NCBI GenBank assembly: GCA_965197475.1
Contig: CBDANF010000003.1
Location: 416,001 to 480,000 of the forward strand
Reading direction: 5' to 3'
Source: Candidatus Poribacteria bacterium
GTDB lineage: Bacteria; Poribacteria; WGA-4E; WGA-3G
DNA length: 64,000 nucleotides
Below the pieces are notes generated by a model. It was not told the origin of the DNA. It saw nothing but the letters and a program-made list of their open reading frames with translations, and did no database searches. Made by a program: the position numbers and the translations under genes. Positions 58,300-64,000 of the stretch are shown here, in pieces. Within the stretch, counting starts at the first letter, position 1; each line of letters begins with the position of its first letter.

Positions 58300-60120
58300 A
58301 TGAATATAGAAAACCGACGACCCTACATTCAATGGGGACTTCCCCAAGGTGCAAAAGCACGTCTTGGCAAAGGAGGAATTAAAAGGCTCCAGTATTCGCC
58401 AGATGGCACACAACTTGCCGCTATCGGTTCTATTGGTATCTGGTTATACGATGCACATTCCTACACCGAAGTTGCTTTTATGGGATTCGGACAAGTTCCC
58501 GGAACAAATCCACTCCCACCTTCGTGGGCAGGCACAACCCTTGTAACGCTAAATAGGGATCAAACAATTTCGCTATGGGATACTCACAAGGGACAACGTC
58601 AAATCACTTTTGTAGATAATGTAGATAATGTAGAAGGTATCTGTGATGTCGTACTTTCGCCAGATGGAACTACATTTGTCACTGCAGGATACGATAAGTC
58701 AATTCGCTTCTGGGATCGCCGTACAGGTCGTTTACGCTTTACTGTTGTTGGACATACGGATACAATCAACGCATTAGCATTTTCACCAGATGGCAAAATT
58801 CTTGCCAGTGGCGGCGACGATCAGACGATTCGGTTGTGGGATACCCAAAATAGTAGACATCTTTCCACCCTCACTGGGCATGAAGCTGATATCTGGATGT
58901 TGGCATTTTCTCCAAACGGCATTATTCTTGCCAGCCGAAGTACAGACAAAACAATCTGTTTGTGGGATGTCACTACAAGCGAGAAGCGAGAGACCTTTAC
59001 AAATCTGGGCAATCTGGGGCATTTTAAATTTTCGCCTGATGGCACCCTCATCGCCTGTGGGAGCAACGATAATACCGTTCGGCTCTGGAATGCAGATTCA
59101 GGTACTGAACACGCAAGACTCACGGGGCATACTGCCTCCGTTTGGGGTATAGCATTCTCACCTGATGGCACGACAATCGCAAGTTCCGCACCAGATAACA
59201 CAATCCGGTTCTGGAATCTTGCTGACGGCAGAGAAAAAGGAATCATTACCGGACATGTGAATTGGGTACATTCCATTGCATTCTCACCTGATAGCAGCCT
59301 TCTCACAATCGGAGGAAATTATAAAACACCTCACTTGTGGAATTTGGATACCTATACTGAGTCCACACCTTTTGATAGCCATCTCCATTTAATTCATGAA
59401 ATGGTATTTTCTCCAGATGGCACAACACTTGCCAGTGCCAGTCGAGATGAAAGGATTTTCTTGTGGGATATGAACACCAAAACCCAACGAGCAATCTTGC
59501 AAGGGCATACAGGTACGATTCGCTCATTAGCGTTTGCGCCAAATGGCACAACTCTCGCCAGCGGCAGTGATGATGAGACTATACGATTATGGGATATTGA
59601 TACCGGAAATCAATTAGCACTTTTAAAGGGACATACCAAGTGGATTGGCACCGTTGCGATTTCCCCAGATGGTAGAACCCTTGCCAGTTGCGGTGTTGAT
59701 AGGACGGTTCGCCTATGGAATGCTAACACAGGACATCCGCTTACCGTTCTCAAAGGACATACTTCTATTGTTTTTTCGGTGGTTTTCTCGCCAGATAGTA
59801 GAATTCTCGTCAGTGGAAGTTCAGATGAGACTATTCGGTTTTGGGATATGCATTCTTGTCAGCATCTCTCAACTCTGACAGTACCGAGTGCCGTTTTTGC
59901 ATTGGCATTGTCTCCAGATGGACTGACGCTGGCGAGTGCAAGTGAGGATGGAAAAATCCGAATATGGGATCCACACACCGGTAATCAACGCGCGGTCCTG
60001 AGTGGACATATCGCTGGCGTTGATACTTTGGCATTCAGTCCTGATGGAAGAACGCTTGCCAGTGGTAGTTATGATAACACTGTGATTTTATGGGATATGA
60101 CAAAAATTAATTTAACGTGA
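58300..60120 (+). CDS. Cytoplasmic WD40 protein, subtype C (copy 1)
   Basis: YIQWGLPQGAKARLGKG followed by regular GH...WD repeats. No signal peptide. Confidence 0.9.
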   Translation: MNIENRRPYIQWGLPQGAKARLGKGGIKRLQYSPDGTQLAAIGSIGIWLYDAHSYTEVAFMGFGQVPGTNPLPPSWAGTTLVTLNRDQTISLWDTHKGQRQITFVDNVDNVEGICDVVLSPDGTTFVTAGYDKSIRFWDRRTGRLRFTVVGHTDTINALAFSPDGKILASGGDDQTIRLWDTQNSRHLSTLTGHEADIWMLAFSPNGIILASRSTDKTICLWDVTTSEKRETFTNLGNLGHFKFSPDGTLIACGSNDNTVRLWNADSGTEHARLTGHTASVWGIAFSPDGTTIASSAPDNTIRFWNLADGREKGIITGHVNWVHSIAFSPDSSLLTIGGNYKTPHLWNLDTYTESTPFDSHLHLIHEMVFSPDGTTLASASRDERIFLWDMNTKTQRAILQGHTGTIRSLAFAPNGTTLASGSDDETIRLWDIDTGNQLALLKGHTKWIGTVAISPDGRTLASCGVDRTVRLWNANTGHPLTVLKGHTSIVFSVVFSPDSRILVSGSSDETIRFWDMHSCQHLSTLTVPSAVFALALSPDGLTLASASEDGKIRIWDPHTGNQRAVLSGHIAGVDTLAFSPDGRTLASGSYDNTVILWDMTKINLT

Positions 60121-60310
60121 GTTCGGTGTCCGAAATATGAAGTTCTTAATGCTTGAATTCTACCCGATTAACCGTGGTAGGTGCGGTTTCTAACCAATGC
60201 AGAATACCACACGCGTATTCTGCCTGTAGCATAAACTGTTAGTTTGTGCATCAAAAGGACGCAAACTAACAGTTTGCGCTACAAAAAATGCTTATACCGA
60301 ACTCACATTA
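60113..60310. mobile_element. MITE-like element with an internal REP pair
   Basis: TIR TAACGTGAGTTCGGT / ACCGAACTCACATTA. Internal GTAGCATAAACTGTTAGTTTG...CAAACTAACAGTTTGCGCTAC. Confidence 0.65.
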
Positions 60311-60341
60311 ATCTATAAACCTAATCAGAGGTATTGATAAC

Positions 60342-62159
60342 ATGAATATAGAAAACACACCATCCTACATGCAATGGGGACTTCCTCCAGGTGCCAAAGC
60401 CCGTCTTGGCAAAGGTACAGTTGGAAGGCTCCAGTATTCTTCAGATGGCACACAACTTGCCGCTATTGGTTCTATTGGTATCTGGTTATACGATGCACAT
60501 TCCTACGCCGAAGTTGCTTTTATGAGAGTCGGACAAGTTCACGGAACAAATCCACTCCCACCTTCGTGGGCAGGCACAACGCTTGCCACGCTAAATTGGG
60601 ATGAAACAATTTCGATATGGGATACTCACACAGGACAACGTCAGATCACTTTTGTAGATAATGTAGCAGATATTTGTGATGTCGTACTTTCACCAGATGG
60701 AACTACGCTTGTCACTGCAGGATGGGATAAGTCAATTCGCTTTTGGGATCGCCGTACAGGTCGTTTACGCTTTAATGTTGTTGGACATACGCAGATGATC
60801 AACGCATTAGCATTTTCCCCGGATGGTAAGATCCTCGCCAGCGGCAGCGATGACAAAACTATCCGGCTGTGGGACTCTCAAAATGGTAGACATCTTTCCA
60901 CCCTGACTGCAGATGAAACTGATATCTGGATGTTGGCATTTTCTCCCAACGGTATTATTCTTGCCAGTCGAAATACGAACGAAACCATCGACTTGTGGGA
61001 TGTCACCACAAGCGAGAAGCGGGAGACCTTTACAAATCTGGGCAATCTCGGTCATTTTAAATTTTCACCGGATGGCACTCTCATTGCAAGTGTCAGCGGC
61101 GATCATACCGTTCGGCTCTGGAATGCAGATTCAGGTACTGAACACGCAAGACTCACAGGACATACAGCCTCAGTTTGGGGCATCGCGTTCTCGCCCGATG
61201 GTGCGACCCTTGTGAGTTCTGCAGAAGACAACACAATCCGGTTCTGGAATCTTGTTGATGGCACAGAAAAAGGGATCATCACCGGGCATGTGGGTTGGGT
61301 ACATTCCATCGCCTTCTCACCTGATAGCAGTCTTCTCGCGATCGGAGGGAATCACAAAACACCTTGCTTGTGGAATTTGGATACCTATACGGAGTCCACA
61401 CCTTTCGACGGTCATCTCCGTTCAATTGATGAAGTGGTTTTTTCTCCAGATGGCACAACGCTTGCGAGTGCTAGTCGAGATGAAAGGATTTTCTTGTGGG
61501 ACATGAACACCAAAACCCAACGGGCAATCTTGCAAGGGCATACAGATATGATTCGTTCATTGGCGTTTGCGCCAAATGGCACTACGCTTGCAAGCGGCAG
61601 TGATGATGAGACTATACGATTATGGGATATTGATACAGGAAATCAATTAGCACTTTTAAAGGGACATACCAATTGGATTGGCACCGTTGCGATTTCCCCA
61701 GATGGTAGAACCCTCGCGAGTTGTAGTGCTGATGGTACAGTTCGCTTATGGAATGCTAACACAGGACATCCGCTTACTGTTCTCAAAGGACACAGTTCTG
61801 TTGTTTTTTCGGTGGTTTTCTCGCCAGATGGTAGAATTCTCGTCAGTGGAAGTTCAGATGAAACCATTCGATTTTGGGATATGCATTCTTGCGAACATCT
61901 CTCAACTTTGGCAGTACCGAGTCATGACATACATGCATTGGCATTGTCTCCAGACGGACAGACGCTTGCCAGTGCCGGTCAGGATGGAAAAATCCGAATA
62001 TGGGATCCTTACACCGGTAATCAACGGGCAGTCCTCAGAGGACATGTCGCTGACGTTGATACTTTGGCATTCAGTCCTGATGGAAGAACACTTGCCAGCG
62101 GCGGTGATGATGGTACCATCCTCCTCTGGGACGTTCAGAATGTTGGAAACACGTATTGA
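60342..62159 (+). CDS. Cytoplasmic WD40 protein, subtype C (copy 2)
   Basis: Near-identical tandem paralog of 58300-60120. Confidence 0.9.
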   Translation: MNIENTPSYMQWGLPPGAKARLGKGTVGRLQYSSDGTQLAAIGSIGIWLYDAHSYAEVAFMRVGQVHGTNPLPPSWAGTTLATLNWDETISIWDTHTGQRQITFVDNVADICDVVLSPDGTTLVTAGWDKSIRFWDRRTGRLRFNVVGHTQMINALAFSPDGKILASGSDDKTIRLWDSQNGRHLSTLTADETDIWMLAFSPNGIILASRNTNETIDLWDVTTSEKRETFTNLGNLGHFKFSPDGTLIASVSGDHTVRLWNADSGTEHARLTGHTASVWGIAFSPDGATLVSSAEDNTIRFWNLVDGTEKGIITGHVGWVHSIAFSPDSSLLAIGGNHKTPCLWNLDTYTESTPFDGHLRSIDEVVFSPDGTTLASASRDERIFLWDMNTKTQRAILQGHTDMIRSLAFAPNGTTLASGSDDETIRLWDIDTGNQLALLKGHTNWIGTVAISPDGRTLASCSADGTVRLWNANTGHPLTVLKGHSSVVFSVVFSPDGRILVSGSSDETIRFWDMHSCEHLSTLAVPSHDIHALALSPDGQTLASAGQDGKIRIWDPYTGNQRAVLRGHVADVDTLAFSPDGRTLASGGDDGTILLWDVQNVGNTY

Positions 62160-62196
62160 TTGAATTTATAATAGCATATAAGTTGGAGGCATTATC

Positions 62197-64000
62197 ATGA
62201 AAAAATATTTACCTTTTCAGTTTGACCATGGCAGTGCAGATAGCAGCACATGGCATTTACCCGATGGTGCTATTGCAAGATTCGGAAAAGGTAATATAGT
62301 CACAATGGCACTATCCCCGGATGGCACACTTCTCGCCATTGGAAGTTATCTCGGTTTGTGGTTGTATGATGTTACTAAGAGTACACCTTTAGCACTTTGG
62401 GAGGTGGAAACACAAGTTTCAGCTGTCGCCTTCTCTGCCTGTGGGGAATGGGTAGCAACAAGCAGCTGGGGCGGTCCTATCAAAATTTGGGATGTGAAGA
62501 GCGAGAATTGCTTAGTAGAATTGGCGCGACATGAAAGTGGAGGTAATTCCAAACTTGCCTTTTCACCTAATTGTGAATGGTTTGTAGTTGGTGGGGCAAC
62601 GAGACATTATAACCGCGAAGAAAAACTTTGTTGCAGCGTTGAAGTCTGGCACATTCCAAGAAGCCTTGATCAAAATAGTGGTAATGTCAACCCTGAACGT
62701 GAGGCAATTTATGTAGGCACCAATCCACTCGCGTTTTCACCTGACGGACGTTTACTCGCTTTTGCTTCACCCGATGGAGCACCTGAACCGTTTAATACAA
62801 ATGGATATCCAGTAATTGATGGAAGATGGTTGTTAGATTCAAGCAGAGTTGTGGTGTATGAGATAGCAACGGGAGAAAATCTCACTACTTTGGACGGGGG
62901 GAAGGATGTCAGCTCAATTTCCTTCTCACCGTGCGGGAAGTTTTTGGCTGTATGTGACCGTACCGGTATCACCAAAATATGGAAGGTGCCAGTACAACTC
63001 TCAACTGAAGTGCAACCTTGGACTCTACATAAGGTTTATCAAGAAGTGGACGATAACGCTTCCCAAAATATCAGTTATGCACCGGAAAACCGACTCTTAG
63101 CCACTGTATACGCGTACAAGGATGACACATTTTCAGTACATGATTTAGAAAACAGTGAAATTCTTTATCAACACCCTAAAGAAACTGGACCCTATAACCC
63201 AGACTATTCAAATGGCACACGGCTTGCATTCGAGAGCGAAAACGATGTACATATTTGGATTGAGGGTGAAAACCAATTAATCTCTTTGAGGCACACCGCA
63301 GGAGTTTTTCCAGGATCACTACAGTTTTCTTTAGATGGAAAGACTTTAATCGCACAAAGCAGGTACGATGGCATTTTTAGTTGGGATATAACACATCCCA
63401 ACGACCCACCTCATATTTTTAAACGCCTCGGTATCAAACCAGATTCAGATGGATGGGGAGAACGTTATTTTTCTGTGGAAATCTCACCTGCAGGAAAACA
63501 CTTTGTCACTTCTGCTGACGAAAGCAGTATCCGACTGTGGGAATTGGGATCGGACATACCGATTGCATCGTTTCCTATACAAACTGAAGTGTCTGACGTA
63601 GTTTTCTCACCAACTGCCAATTTACTCGGCTGCATAGACAAGGATGGTAGGGTCTATATCAGGGATATCACAACAAGTGAAATCTACGACACCTATACCA
63701 CGGAAGAAACTCATATCTCACCTTATATCACATTTAGTCCAGATGCCGCATATCTTATTTGTCATTCTGGTCAAATATATGATGTTGCGCAACGTAAACC
63801 GCTGGACCGGTATTCAAGTGAGGATCGTATAAAATTCCTTGAGTTTTCACCAAATTCCTCCCAAATCTGGTGTGATTGGTCAGGGTGGGATAATTATGAT
63901 TCGATAGATTTATGGGATATACTACAAGATGAAGAAGTGCTGTCACTTCCCATGCCAAAATGGTGGCAGGTAAAGTATATTGATGCTTTCGCGTTATCTG
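62197..64000 (+). CDS. WD40 protein (3' end outside window)
   Basis: GGAGG RBS, MKKYLPF...TWHLPDGAIARFGKG, FSPCG-type blades. Frame appears open to the window end. Confidence 0.85.
   Translation, partial: MKKYLPFQFDHGSADSSTWHLPDGAIARFGKGNIVTMALSPDGTLLAIGSYLGLWLYDVTKSTPLALWEVETQVSAVAFSACGEWVATSSWGGPIKIWDVKSENCLVELARHESGGNSKLAFSPNCEWFVVGGATRHYNREEKLCCSVEVWHIPRSLDQNSGNVNPEREAIYVGTNPLAFSPDGRLLAFASPDGAPEPFNTNGYPVIDGRWLLDSSRVVVYEIATGENLTTLDGGKDVSSISFSPCGKFLAVCDRTGITKIWKVPVQLSTEVQPWTLHKVYQEVDDNASQNISYAPENRLLATVYAYKDDTFSVHDLENSEILYQHPKETGPYNPDYSNGTRLAFESENDVHIWIEGENQLISLRHTAGVFPGSLQFSLDGKTLIAQSRYDGIFSWDITHPNDPPHIFKRLGIKPDSDGWGERYFSVEISPAGKHFVTSADESSIRLWELGSDIPIASFPIQTEVSDVVFSPTANLLGCIDKDGRVYIRDITTSEIYDTYTTEETHISPYITFSPDAAYLICHSGQIYDVAQRKPLDRYSSEDRIKFLEFSPNSSQIWCDWSGWDNYDSIDLWDILQDEEVLSLPMPKWWQVKYIDAFALS

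Noticed and set aside
42319-61867. Many minus-strand ORFs of 60-300 aa (SVLPSGEN.. repeats)
   Set aside because: They are antisense shadows of the WD40 codon pattern.
58300-62159. Diversity-generating retroelement template/variable repeat pair
   Set aside because: Both copies are full genes, differences are not adenine-specific, and no reverse transcriptase is present.
37004-64000. NLR/STAND-type defence locus
   Set aside because: No P-loop NTPase, TIR, caspase or other effector domain is fused to or lies next to the WD40 genes.

Overview
Bacterial chromosomal window that looks like a Candidatus Poribacteria-type (sponge symbiont) genome. This is inferred from the WD40/LRR expansions and from secreted proteins ending in cohesin, dockerin and a 'NYPNPFNPETWIPY...RKMLILK' sorting domain. 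1-25 kb holds a bacterial alpha-2-macroglobulin, an LVIVD lipoprotein, a cytochrome c-LRR-cohesin-dockerin protein, fur-mqnA-mqnE, a TIM-barrel isomerase, a DUF62 SAM hydrolase, trpS, an inverted-repeat-bounded DUF1670 cassette, a WD40-cohesin-dockerin protein, an Rpn nuclease and an ATP-grasp enzyme. 25-36 kb is a minus-strand housekeeping run: rpsB-tsf-frr-cdsA-dxr-rseP-udg-priA plus an aldolase-like gene. 36-64 kb holds an IS1595 and then about 27 kb of co-oriented WD40 beta-propeller genes, starting with a 5'-truncated gene and an amber-interrupted ECF sigma-TM-WD40 fusion. Within that array two WD40 subtypes alternate strictly over nine loci (B-A-B-A-B-A-B-A-B), and a recent duplicate pair differs mainly at predicted binding-face positions. 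Intergenic DNA is full of MITE-like shells with internal REP-like palindromes. No rRNA, tRNA, CRISPR array or reverse transcriptase was recognised. All calls are from reading motifs by eye; no database searches were run.
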